Below, piece after piece: positions 48,655-58,260 of a stretch of 59,939 nt of DNA. The position numbers were made by a program, and so were the translations under genes. The notes below the pieces were generated by a model, which saw nothing but the letters and a program-made list of their open reading frames with translations, did not search any database and had not been told where the DNA came from. Each line of letters starts with the position of its first letter. The stretch's first letter is position 1. The stretch is from positions 1 to 59,939 of the forward strand of contig DASTSI010000216.1 of NCBI GenBank assembly GCA_035760745.1, in the 5' to 3' direction. This stretch comes from Nitrospira sp. Lineage in GTDB: Bacteria > Nitrospirota > Nitrospiria > Nitrospirales > Nitrospiraceae.

Positions 48655-49914
48655 ATGAAAACGAAGAAGCGGATTCGGGTGGAGCAGTTGAAACCGGGGA
48701 TGTACGTCGTCGGGATGGATCAACCTTGGTACAAGACCCCCTATCTTGTGCATCATTTTCTGGTGCAGTCGGATGATACCGTGGCGGACCTCATCCGACA
48801 CGGGGTACGCGAAGTCAGCATCGACCCGACGAAAGGCCTCGACGTGCCCGACCCGGATCAGCCCGGCCCGGCTCCGACCCCACAGGCACAGGACCAAGCG
48901 GGGGAAGCGGCATCCCGTCCGATGCACGAGCCAGTCGCCCGCTGCGGCCGGATCACCAAACAGGATCGGAAGCTGTACCAGGAGGCCGAGGTCGCCGTCG
49001 AGCGGGTGCTCGAGGACGTCCATGGGGGACGGATGCCCAGTGTGCCGGCTCTTGCATCGATTGTCGGGGGATTCTTCGAGCGGGTCTTACAAGATCGCGC
49101 GGCGATGATGACGCAAGTCTTGCTGCGGCAAATGCGGCGCTTCGATCGAAGCCTGGCCGCTCATGCGATCGACACCTGCGTCCTCTCACTGGTGTTCGCG
49201 ACCGAGCAGGGCGCGAGCCCGGAGGAGATCGAACAGATCGGGATCGGCGCCCTCTTGCACGACGTGGGCTACGTCCGGCTCCCCAGAAATCTGTACCGGG
49301 CGCGCCTCCAATTGGCTCCTCACGAGCAGGAGCTGATGCGCCAGCATCCCCGGCTCGGCAAGACGATACTGGCCCAAGTGCCGGACTTGCATGAGACGGC
49401 GCGCCGCATCGTCCTCGAGCATCATGAACGGATCGACGGGTCGGGCTATCCCGCGGGCTTGAGGGGTGCGGCATTGCTTCCGGCCGGACAGTTGGTCGGT
49501 CTGGTTGACACCTATGAGTCGCTCATCACGCCGCGAGCCGGCCATTTGCCGCTGTCTCCGTTTCAGGCCATCCGGCATCTCTTCATGCTCGGAGAAAAAC
49601 GCACCTTCGACAAGGCGCTCGTCGAAATTGCGATCAAGTGCTTGGGCGTCTATCCCATCGGCAGTCTCGTCAAGTTGAACACGGGTGAACGCGCGATTGT
49701 CGTGGCCATTAACGCCGACCACCGGCTGAAGCCCGTGTTGAAACTGATTCTCGGCGAGCACGGCGAGCCCTATGGCGACCCGCCGCTCGTGGACTTGGCT
49801 TCCCCCGACCAGACGGGCCCCGTCCGCACTATCCTAACCGCGTTGGATGCCGCAGCCGAGCAGGTGAACGTGGCGAGATATCTCGACCCGACGCCTGAGG
49901 AGCAGGCCGCGTGA
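48655..49914 (+). CDS. HD-GYP domain protein (partly degenerate) with DUF3391-like N-terminus
   Basis: LKPGMYV..W..TPY, HDVGY, HHERIDGSGYP, VDTYESL. Confidence 0.88.
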   Translation: MKTKKRIRVEQLKPGMYVVGMDQPWYKTPYLVHHFLVQSDDTVADLIRHGVREVSIDPTKGLDVPDPDQPGPAPTPQAQDQAGEAASRPMHEPVARCGRITKQDRKLYQEAEVAVERVLEDVHGGRMPSVPALASIVGGFFERVLQDRAAMMTQVLLRQMRRFDRSLAAHAIDTCVLSLVFATEQGASPEEIEQIGIGALLHDVGYVRLPRNLYRARLQLAPHEQELMRQHPRLGKTILAQVPDLHETARRIVLEHHERIDGSGYPAGLRGAALLPAGQLVGLVDTYESLITPRAGHLPLSPFQAIRHLFMLGEKRTFDKALVEIAIKCLGVYPIGSLVKLNTGERAIVVAINADHRLKPVLKLILGEHGEPYGDPPLVDLASPDQTGPVRTILTALDAAAEQVNVARYLDPTPEEQAA

Positions 49915-52736
49915 ATCGCCCGGTCCGCGTTCGTCGGCCTCGGACGGAGCCAGAGGACTGGTCGGCGTACCTCTTGCTCGACGCCCTCCCGGTCGGTGTG
50001 TGCGTGCTCGACGCCCGGAACCATGTCCGGTGGTTGAACCGGGCCGCCTCGAGAATCCTCGGCCGATCGCACGGGCGCTGTCTTTCAATTTCGGTCGAAG
50101 ATCTGCTCGGCTGGTCGAAGCGGGGCGACGACGAAGCCGCAGGGACGAGCCTCTCCTCATTCGGCGTCATCCCGGTGGAAGGCACCGCGTCCATCGCCGT
50201 GGACGACGGCGGTCAGACGCTGGTCGCCTGGACCTGTTCTCCCATCGAGGGACATCAGGAAATGAAGGCGCTTCTGAGCTTCCGGGACCTGACCGAAGAG
50301 CAGGCCGTGCAGGACGACCGGGACAGGCTCGCCCGCATCGCGGAGGAATCTCCGGCCGCGCTGGTCGAGCTCGACATGGACGGCAACCTGCTCTATGCCA
50401 ATCCGGCGATGACGCAACTCCTTCAGCGGTTTGGATACTCGGAGTGCGGATTTCCGCAAGTCCTTCCCGACAACCTGCCGGACATCGTGCATCGCTGCCT
50501 TACGACCGGCCGCACGTCTCCGCACATCGAAGTGTCCCTGTCCGGCTTCAACTATGCCTGGACCTTTTGTCCCGTGCCGTCCCACCGCCACGTACGCGGC
50601 TATGCGATGGATCTCACCGACGTCCGAAGCACCCAGCGCCAGTTGGAGGAGGCGACGGCCCGCCTCGAACGGGTGAACCGGGAGCTGGTCTCGGCGCTGC
50701 AGCAAGCGCAGGAGGCAGTCCGCGCGAAAACGACCTTCTTCGCCACCATGAGTCACGAGCTCCGCACGCCGATGAACGGCGTCATCGGCATGGCCGATCT
50801 GCTGCGGGATTCTGCCCTCTCGGACGAGCAACGGTCCTGCGTGGACACGATCCACCAATGCGGCGAAGCGCTGCTTTCGATCATCAGCGATATCCTGGAC
50901 TGCGCCAAAATCGAGTCGGGCAAACTGGAGTTGGAGTGCATCGACTTCACGCTCCAAACGACGGTCGAGGACGTGCTGGCGCAGTTCGCCGAGCGGGCCC
51001 AGCGGAAAGGAATCGAAATCACCGGGTATGTCCATGCCCGGGTTCCCAAATCCCTGCGGGGCGATCCCGCTCGGCTCCGGCAAGTGCTCACGAACCTCGT
51101 GGCCAACGCGGTCAAGTTTACTGAACAGGGTGAAGTGACGCTGCAAGCGTTTCTGGCGGAGGACTTGCCCCAGGAGGCCGTCGTGCGGTTCGAGGTCCGC
51201 GACACGGGCATCGGCATCCCGCCCGAGCACCAGCGGCGGCTGTTTACCCCCTTCACCCAGACCGACAGCTCGATGACAAGACGATATGGCGGCACCGGGC
51301 TCGGTCTCGCGATCTGCAGGCAACTCGTGGAGCTCATGGGAGGAGCGATCGGAGTGGACAGCATCCCGGGCCGGGGCAGCACGTTCTGGTGCACCGTGCG
51401 CCTGGGCAAGCCGCTGTCACCGGCGAAGACCGAAGCCAGGCAGCTGAGCCTCGTGGGGCGGCGGGTGCTCATCGTGGACGACAACGAATCGCATCGCGTG
51501 ATCCTTCACCACTTCGTCACCGGTTGGGGCATGCAAGACGACCGTGCCGAAGACGCGGACCGCGCGGTCGCGCTGGTCGAAGAGGCCGCCGCCCAGGGAC
51601 GGCTGTATGATGTCGCGATCCTGGACATGATGATGCCGGGAAAGCATGGGTTGGCGCTCGCGAAACTGCTCAAGACGCACCCGGTCGGGCGGCAGATCAG
51701 GCTCGTCCTGCTCACGTCGCTGATTCAGCGCGGCCAAGCCGAGCAAGCTCGGCTGGCCGGCATTGAAGTGTACCTCACCAAACCGGTCCGCCACGATCAA
51801 TTGTATGACAGCCTGTGCCGGGCCTTGGGGTACGTGCTGCTCCCCCCGCTCCCGAGCGACCAGGCCTCGCCGGAGAGAGCCATGATGCCGTCGGCGCGCG
51901 TCCTGATCGTGGAGGACAACGCGGTCAACCAGAAGCTGACGGCTCGCTTGCTCGAGAAACTCGGCTTTCAGCCCGACGTGGCGCCGGGCGGTCAGGAAGC
52001 GCTCGATGCCCTCGCACGCGGCTCGTACGATGCTGTACTGATGGATTGCCAAATGCCTGGAATGGACGGCTTCGAGGCGACGACCGCCATCAGACAACGG
52101 GAACAATCCGGCACGAGCGGCCACCGGAACGGCCATATTCCAATCATCGCCCTGACGGCGAATGCCATGCCGGGAGACCGGGAGCGATGTCTGGCGGCGG
52201 GCATGGATGACTACCTGTCCAAGCCGGTGAGATCCGAAGAATTGCGGTCGGCCTTGCTTCGCTGGCTCCCGCGATCAGGAGATGCTCCGGCATCTGTCTT
52301 GGCCTCATCCACGCCGGATGCTGAACGGGAAGTCGGCAAATGCTCCCGCAAGGTCGGAAACGGCGCCCGGCAGGATACCGCGCCTTCATTCGACCCCCAG
52401 GCGGTATTGGACAACATCGGCGGCGACCGCGAGTTCTTCACGCAGCTGTTGACGATGTTCCTCGACCGCTCCGCCGGGATGGTCGATCGCATCGCGTACT
52501 CGCTCGAGCAGGGAGACGCCCAAGCTCTGGAGCAGTCCGCGCATCTCCTCAAAGGCACGGCGGTCAATTTGTGCGCGAGAGCCGTCGCTCTGCTGGCGAG
52601 CCAGCTGGAGGCCATGGGCCGGAGCGGCCGTTGGCAGGACGCACACCCGGTGATGCACGATCTTCGTCGCGCGGTGGCGAGGCTCCGCGACGAGATGCAG
52701 GCGGTTCTCGGGTTACGCGGGCTCGATGAAGCCTGA
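49911..52736 (+). CDS. cytoplasmic unorthodox hybrid histidine kinase (PAS-like x2, HisKA, HATPase, REC, REC, Hpt)
   Basis: MSHELRTPMNG, NAVKFT, DTGIGI, GGTGLGL, ILDMMMP, LMDCQMP, AHLLKG; no obvious TM segment. Confidence 0.92.
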   Translation: MNRPVRVRRPRTEPEDWSAYLLLDALPVGVCVLDARNHVRWLNRAASRILGRSHGRCLSISVEDLLGWSKRGDDEAAGTSLSSFGVIPVEGTASIAVDDGGQTLVAWTCSPIEGHQEMKALLSFRDLTEEQAVQDDRDRLARIAEESPAALVELDMDGNLLYANPAMTQLLQRFGYSECGFPQVLPDNLPDIVHRCLTTGRTSPHIEVSLSGFNYAWTFCPVPSHRHVRGYAMDLTDVRSTQRQLEEATARLERVNRELVSALQQAQEAVRAKTTFFATMSHELRTPMNGVIGMADLLRDSALSDEQRSCVDTIHQCGEALLSIISDILDCAKIESGKLELECIDFTLQTTVEDVLAQFAERAQRKGIEITGYVHARVPKSLRGDPARLRQVLTNLVANAVKFTEQGEVTLQAFLAEDLPQEAVVRFEVRDTGIGIPPEHQRRLFTPFTQTDSSMTRRYGGTGLGLAICRQLVELMGGAIGVDSIPGRGSTFWCTVRLGKPLSPAKTEARQLSLVGRRVLIVDDNESHRVILHHFVTGWGMQDDRAEDADRAVALVEEAAAQGRLYDVAILDMMMPGKHGLALAKLLKTHPVGRQIRLVLLTSLIQRGQAEQARLAGIEVYLTKPVRHDQLYDSLCRALGYVLLPPLPSDQASPERAMMPSARVLIVEDNAVNQKLTARLLEKLGFQPDVAPGGQEALDALARGSYDAVLMDCQMPGMDGFEATTAIRQREQSGTSGHRNGHIPIIALTANAMPGDRERCLAAGMDDYLSKPVRSEELRSALLRWLPRSGDAPASVLASSTPDAEREVGKCSRKVGNGARQDTAPSFDPQAVLDNIGGDREFFTQLLTMFLDRSAGMVDRIAYSLEQGDAQALEQSAHLLKGTAVNLCARAVALLASQLEAMGRSGRWQDAHPVMHDLRRAVARLRDEMQAVLGLRGLDEA

Positions 52737-52753
52737 GCGCCCAGAGGGACGGC

Positions 52754-53230
52754 TTACGGGCAGGCGGCGGCGTGCATGCCGGCGACCGATTCACCAGCGG
52801 AAGCCCCGGTAGGAAATACCGGATGGCGCGTTGGATACCCGTCGGCGAGAACAACCTGCTTCCCGAGCCTCGTGCGGCGATTCATGACCAAGGGTCCACG
52901 CAGGTTCGCGGTCACCGCGGCTGGATCTTCTGAGGGAATCGTCAGAATCACCGCGACCGAAAGCGGATCCTGTTCTGTCGCATGGATCTCCGCCAGCGTC
53001 TCCGGCAGGAACTTGATGGAGTAGCCGCTCGCTACATCGGCAGGATCGATGATCACGAACGCCAATCCCGGCTCGTCCACGGACTGGAGCCATTTGAACG
53101 GTGCATCGGTATCGTGATCGAGAATCACGTAGCGTCGCTGGTCCAAGAACCCGAGCAGTCCGGACGGGAAGGTCACAATGCTCTCCTCGTTGACCTCGAA
53201 CCGGCCGAATCTCGTCGACGTGCAGATCAT
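52754..53230 (-). CDS. fliW: flagellar assembly factor FliW
   Basis: TRFG, FPSGLLGF, WLQS, TANLRGPLV, GKQVVL. Confidence 0.93.
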   Translation of the reverse strand: MICTSTRFGRFEVNEESIVTFPSGLLGFLDQRRYVILDHDTDAPFKWLQSVDEPGLAFVIIDPADVASGYSIKFLPETLAEIHATEQDPLSVAVILTIPSEDPAAVTANLRGPLVMNRRTRLGKQVVLADGYPTRHPVFPTGASAGESVAGMHAAACP

Positions 53231-53242
53231 CGTCTCCCCCCT

Positions 53243-53488
53243 TCATGATGCCTGACGGCGCTTCGGGCCGTGCAAGCGTTTGAAGGCCTCAATCGGCACG
53301 AGCTGCGTTTGCGAGGCCAGTCGATTTTCTTCCTGGATCCGGGCGTAGATCTCGTCACGATGGACGCCGATCGTGGGCGGGGCCTCAATGCCGAGGCGGA
53401 CCTGTCCGCCTTTTGTCTCAAGTACGATGATGCGGATATCCGGGCCGATTGTGACGCCTTCTCCGCGTCGGCGTGTGAGTACGAGCAT
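53243..53488 (-). CDS. csrA: carbon storage regulator CsrA (long, FliW-associated type)
   Basis: MLVLTRRRGEGVTIG..VRLGIEAP..VHRDEIY..IQEEN. Confidence 0.96.
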   Translation of the reverse strand: MLVLTRRRGEGVTIGPDIRIIVLETKGGQVRLGIEAPPTIGVHRDEIYARIQEENRLASQTQLVPIEAFKRLHGPKRRQAS

Positions 53489-53564
53489 GTCAGGCCTTCC
53501 CTGGCCTCTCCGTGAAGGCGCGATGCTGGAGTGTCGCAATCTACGCAATGCCTACAACGGGCCC

Positions 53565-55331
53565 TCAGGACAGCGGCAGATAGTTCAAGAGTGAATTTTG
53601 AAATACTCTCGCCAGGGTGGCGCTTGCCGCCTGCACGGCATATTGCTGCATGGTGAGGTCCGTGATGGCCTTCGTCAGATCCACGTCCTGACTATGGGAC
53701 AGCGCGTCGGTCAGGAACGTCTGTGCGTCCTGCAAGCTGCTGGACGTCGAGGTCAGCCGGCCGGTCAAGGCCCCCACGTTTCCTTGCGCCGCGGTGATCT
53801 GCTCGATACTCTTCGCACTGTCCGCAATGCCGCCCGCTATGCCGCCGCCATAATTCCCCCGCAGCGCCGTCGCCAGACGCTTCATCGCGTCGAATATGTC
53901 GATGTCGGGCCCGCCAAAGGCCTGACTGCCTGGGATATTGGTCTGCAACGTCTGCCCTGGGCCGATCGGAATGGTTTGCATCGAGCCGTCGCCTTGGTAC
54001 TGAGTCCCGGTGACGACAATGAAACGGTCCCCCGCGCTGGGAGCCCCCGTCTTGTCGGCGATGGAACACACGATGCCATCGAAGCCGATCGCATTTCCCG
54101 AGGTATAGCTCTGGTTCGCGAGTACGATCCGGGGCTCTAGCGAGACAGAAAACGTGTCTCCCGTTTGCGGTCCGCCTCCCTGGCCGTTCGCCAAGGTCAC
54201 CTGAAGGCCGTCGAAGGCGATGGCTTGTCCCGGCACATAGGTGTTGCCGCTCGACAGCGTTGTCCCCGCCGTCGTGTCCACGATCGAATATTGCGTCGCG
54301 GACGTGAACTGTATTTGATAGTCGTGCAAGGTGAGCCGGGAGCTATCGATGACGCCCGCATCCGTCTTCGTTCCCCGGCCGGTGTTCGAGGCCCCCGGCG
54401 TCACGCCGATGGGTGCTGAAACATCGAGCACGTCGTAGGTCGTCGCCGAACTGAACCGGATCATGTAGTCGTCCAGCGTCACTCGACTGGGGTCCGATAC
54501 TCGGCCTTGGGAAATGCCCGCACCGCCGGAATTCGTCCCGGCCGACTGGGTCGTGGCCGTGAGGGCGAAGGGCTCCGTGCCGGTGGTCGTGCTGCCCCCG
54601 TTCAAACCCAGCGTCGAAAGGCCGCTTCCGCCGACGACTTCCACCGACGAGGTCGGTCCATAGGCATTCGACATGATGACCAAATGATCGGTCTCAAAGG
54701 CGACGGTCACCGTCTTCCCGGACGCCGACAAGGCGGGGTCGGAGTTGATCTTGGCCTGGAGCAACGCGGCCAGCGCCGACCCGCCCAACGTGCCGGACCC
54801 AAGACTGATGGGACCCGACGTCACGCCGTCCACCGTGAGCGCAAGGGAATCGTTCACTCCCGCCGTCAACGTCGCCGGCACGCCGACGGAAAGGCCGGTC
54901 GCTCGTCCGTGCGTACTCGTCCCCCCGAACACCGCGTGGCCGTTATAATCGCTGTTGGCGATCTGCCGGAGCTGCCCGAAGATCTGTTGAACCTGCTGAG
55001 CGCCTGCCGCCCGGTCGGATGGCGTGTTCGTGTCGCTGCGGAATTGCACGGCCAGCTGCTGGGCTTGCGTGAGGCTCGATGTGACGCTGCTCAGCAGCTG
55101 ATCCGTGAGGCTCAAGCGCCCTGTGCTGAAGTTCACGTTCCGCAGATGTTGCGCCACCATGGTGAGCGAGGTTTGGTCCAGCGTGATTTGATGAAACGCA
55201 CTGGGGTCATCGGAGGGAAGCGCGACACGAATGCCCGTCGAGACCTGCCGCTGCATCTCCAACAGCCTGCTTTGCGCACGCTGAAGATCGTTGGCCAGGA
55301 CGCTGAAGGCCTGCTGCTCGGTCACACGCAT
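53565..55331 (-). CDS. flgL: hook-filament junction protein FlgL (enlarged)
   Basis: MRVT, STG..PSDDP, ANSDYNGHAVFGGT, YQGD, DVDLTKAI, SLLNYL. Confidence 0.92.
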   Translation of the reverse strand: MRVTEQQAFSVLANDLQRAQSRLLEMQRQVSTGIRVALPSDDPSAFHQITLDQTSLTMVAQHLRNVNFSTGRLSLTDQLLSSVTSSLTQAQQLAVQFRSDTNTPSDRAAGAQQVQQIFGQLRQIANSDYNGHAVFGGTSTHGRATGLSVGVPATLTAGVNDSLALTVDGVTSGPISLGSGTLGGSALAALLQAKINSDPALSASGKTVTVAFETDHLVIMSNAYGPTSSVEVVGGSGLSTLGLNGGSTTTGTEPFALTATTQSAGTNSGGAGISQGRVSDPSRVTLDDYMIRFSSATTYDVLDVSAPIGVTPGASNTGRGTKTDAGVIDSSRLTLHDYQIQFTSATQYSIVDTTAGTTLSSGNTYVPGQAIAFDGLQVTLANGQGGGPQTGDTFSVSLEPRIVLANQSYTSGNAIGFDGIVCSIADKTGAPSAGDRFIVVTGTQYQGDGSMQTIPIGPGQTLQTNIPGSQAFGGPDIDIFDAMKRLATALRGNYGGGIAGGIADSAKSIEQITAAQGNVGALTGRLTSTSSSLQDAQTFLTDALSHSQDVDLTKAITDLTMQQYAVQAASATLARVFQNSLLNYLPLS

Positions 55332-55335
55332 GGCG

Positions 55336-57372
55336 TCACGCTCCCGTCCGCTGCGACAGACTCAGGAGGGTCTGAATCATGTCGTCGGTCACCGCGATCA
55401 ACCGGGACGCCGCTTCGAATCCGCGTTGAAACTTCAAAAGATTGACGAGCTCGTCGTCGATCGACACCCCGGACACCTGGGATCGAAACGTGTTGATCTG
55501 ATCCTGCAGGACGTTCTGGCCTTCGAGCTGCTGTGCCGCAGTCTGAGCGGCCAATCCCACCGTGGCCGCCGTGTTCGAATACGCATCGTTAAACGTCGCG
55601 GCATTCAGACCGGCGAACTGACGCTGTTGCAGGTCGACCATCGCCAGGATTTGGCCGTTATCCCCCGGCCTTCCCTGCAATGTGGACGAGGCGGCGACCT
55701 GCATTCCGTTCGAGAGCGCCACCGCAATGGACGTCGCCGCCTTGGCATAAGAGTTGACACGGAACACGTCGTTTGCGGCCGGCGTGCCGGCGAGCGACAC
55801 GCTGAGGCCGTCAAAGGCGAGCGTTTGCGTAGCGGTGTACGTCCCTGTCGCCGCGGTGCTGATCCCGGCGGACAGCCCCAGCGCAGCCCGCGCTGTGCCG
55901 CCGGTGACGACCACCGAGGAGGGGGAGCCGCCCGAGTTTGACGTGAGGACGAAACGGTTCGTCGTCCCGTCGTAGGAGACGGTCACGGAGCGTCCCGCCG
56001 CTTGCAGCGCGGCGTCGGCATTAACGGCATTCTCCAGGGCTTTCGCCAGCGATGCGCCCGACGAATAGGCCTGTCCGGGAACGACGGCCCCCGGGACGGT
56101 AATCGTTCCGGACGCGACGCCGTCGACGGACAAGGTCAGCGTATCATTCGTCCCGGTCACGATCGCAATCGGCGCCTCGGAGGTCGGAGGGCTGATGGCG
56201 GTGCCGACATAGTTGCCTTTGATCGTCGATCCCGTCGTCGTATCCACGATCGCGTACGCGGTCGGCGAGGAGAATCGGATTTCATAGTCATGCAGGGTCA
56301 GCAGGCTGTTCGCCGCGACCGTCGCGCCCGCGATATTCGCGCTCCCCTGGTTCGCCTCGCCGGCGGCGCTCGTCACCGTGAGCGGAGCGAAGAAGTCGAG
56401 TCCGGTCGACCCGTCCAGACCGTACCCTTGTCGGTGCAACTGGTTCACTTCGTTGACCAACGTGGCCGCAATCCGGTCGAAGGACTGCTGAACGGCCGGG
56501 ATGATCGCATCCCGAACGTCGAGCAGGCCCTTGAGGCGACCATTGGTGATCAACGAAGAGATGCTCAACGCCCTCGTGCCGCCGGTATTGTAGCCGACGT
56601 CGAACAAGCCGTCGTTGTCCAGAGACGGCACGGTCGCAAGAGCGCGCGTCGTGTTGCCTTGTACCAACATCTGGCCCCGTGCGGCGAACACGGACAGAGA
56701 ACCGGTCGAGGATTCGATCGTCGAGACATCGATATCCTGAGCCAATTTGTTCAGGACCAGATCACGCTGATCGCGAAGGTCGTTCGCGTTTTGTCCGGTC
56801 GCTTCGGCGGAGACGATGCGGTCGTTCAAGTCGGCGATCTGCTTGGCGTAGGTATTGATCTCGTTCACCGTCTGTTGAATCTGCTGGTTCAAGTTGAGGC
56901 GCTGCGTCGCAAGCGCAGTCGCATCCTGATTCAGCGTCGCCGCCAATGTCGAGGCCCGCTGCAACAGCACGGACCTCGGCGTGCTGTCCGCCGGATTGGC
57001 CGCCACATCTTGCAACCCGGCAAAGAAATCGTTGAGCTTCGTGTTGATGTCCTGATCGGTGGTGCTGTTGAAGAGTTGTTGAACCTGCGCCAGTTGATCG
57101 CGCGTGCTGTTCAGATTGCCGAGGCTTTGCTGGACGTCGGTCAATTGGCGGTTGACGAATTGATCGATGACCCGACGAATCTGGGTCGCCTGCACCCCGG
57201 TGCCCATCATCCCCGGCTGTCCGTTCAGCGGCGGCCGTTCCGTGAGAACCGTATCCTGTCTCGAATACCCCTCGGTGTTGACATTGGCGATGTTGTGCCC
57301 GGTCACGGTGATCACGGTTTGCGAGGCGGCGAGCGCGCTTCGAGCGATGTCGAATAACCCGTTGAGGGACAT
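55336..57372 (-). CDS. flgK: hook-associated protein FlgK
   Basis: GHNIANVNTEGYSRQ, NDLRDQRD, SGVSIDDELVNLLKFQRGFEAAS. Confidence 0.95.
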   Translation of the reverse strand: MSLNGLFDIARSALAASQTVITVTGHNIANVNTEGYSRQDTVLTERPPLNGQPGMMGTGVQATQIRRVIDQFVNRQLTDVQQSLGNLNSTRDQLAQVQQLFNSTTDQDINTKLNDFFAGLQDVAANPADSTPRSVLLQRASTLAATLNQDATALATQRLNLNQQIQQTVNEINTYAKQIADLNDRIVSAEATGQNANDLRDQRDLVLNKLAQDIDVSTIESSTGSLSVFAARGQMLVQGNTTRALATVPSLDNDGLFDVGYNTGGTRALSISSLITNGRLKGLLDVRDAIIPAVQQSFDRIAATLVNEVNQLHRQGYGLDGSTGLDFFAPLTVTSAAGEANQGSANIAGATVAANSLLTLHDYEIRFSSPTAYAIVDTTTGSTIKGNYVGTAISPPTSEAPIAIVTGTNDTLTLSVDGVASGTITVPGAVVPGQAYSSGASLAKALENAVNADAALQAAGRSVTVSYDGTTNRFVLTSNSGGSPSSVVVTGGTARAALGLSAGISTAATGTYTATQTLAFDGLSVSLAGTPAANDVFRVNSYAKAATSIAVALSNGMQVAASSTLQGRPGDNGQILAMVDLQQRQFAGLNAATFNDAYSNTAATVGLAAQTAAQQLEGQNVLQDQINTFRSQVSGVSIDDELVNLLKFQRGFEAASRLIAVTDDMIQTLLSLSQRTGA

Positions 57373-57374
57373 GT

Positions 57375-57881
57375 TCAGCCCCGCTGCTCCACGAAGGCGG
57401 CACCGCCGAATCCCCGTCGCCCGCCTGCCAGTGAGTACAGCCCATCGGCTGGCGCCGCATCCGTCCAGGCGGAGAGCACGTGCGCGATGAACCCTTGGAC
57501 CGTCTCGATCAAACGTGCATTGAAGGCGATCTCTTCCCGGACCGTGCGTAGCGTTTTGGCGAGTCGAACGAGGCGTTGGTCCAAGCCGGGCGCGGCCGAC
57601 TCCTTCAGCCGCTCCGCGAGAACCTGCAGCGTCAACTGCTGCTCCGAGAGCCCCCAGGCTGCGGCGGCACGCCCGAGGACCGTCCGGCGCTCTCTCTCAA
57701 GGCCCTCCAGCTGACGAAGGATGACCAGACGCTGGTCATTGATGGTTCCGAAGTCCTGGATTGCGAGGCGGCGGATCGCGGCGCGCTCGCGATGCACCGT
57801 GGCCAGCAACTGTTCGCAGGCCGCTTCTTCGCGGGTCAAAACCTCGGCCAGTTGCGGAAGAATAGAAGAAGTGCCGGTCAC
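57375..57881 (-). CDS. flgN: flagellar export chaperone FlgN
   Basis: Helical protein with LERER..WGL..LTL and N..LI; lies between flgM and flgK. Confidence 0.8.
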   Translation of the reverse strand: MTGTSSILPQLAEVLTREEAACEQLLATVHRERAAIRRLAIQDFGTINDQRLVILRQLEGLERERRTVLGRAAAAWGLSEQQLTLQVLAERLKESAAPGLDQRLVRLAKTLRTVREEIAFNARLIETVQGFIAHVLSAWTDAAPADGLYSLAGGRRGFGGAAFVEQRG

Positions 57882-57951
57882 CTGATTCTCCCCTCGAGAG
57901 GTGTTGACATGGTACGGCTCGCCGCCCGGTTCGTCAGGGAGGGCCGGCCGC

Positions 57952-58260
57952 TCATAGAACCGATTCGGTCAACGCATGTCGGATCAACGCGTCGCCGATG
58001 CTTCGGCCGTCGATGCTGTAGGTTCCATTGTCGATGGCGCGCTGCAGCCGTTCCAATCTTTCCGCCCGCACCGGATCCGCTTCTTTCGTCAGCGAGGTGA
58101 TGCGCCGAAGTTCCTTGGCCTGATCGGATATCTGAACCCGATCGCCCTGCTGCTGCGATTTGCTCCGAGGCCTGCCGGCTGCCGGCCCGACTTCCTGCAC
58201 GCCGAGCAGAAGTTTCGCGAGCTCCGCCGCTCTGCCTCGTCCGGAAATTTCCATGGTCAT
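57952..58260 (-). CDS. flgM: anti-sigma-28 factor FlgM
   Basis: DRVQISDQA, RAERLERLQRAIDNGTYSID. Confidence 0.92.
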   Translation of the reverse strand: MTMEISGRGRAAELAKLLLGVQEVGPAAGRPRSKSQQQGDRVQISDQAKELRRITSLTKEADPVRAERLERLQRAIDNGTYSIDGRSIGDALIRHALTESVL

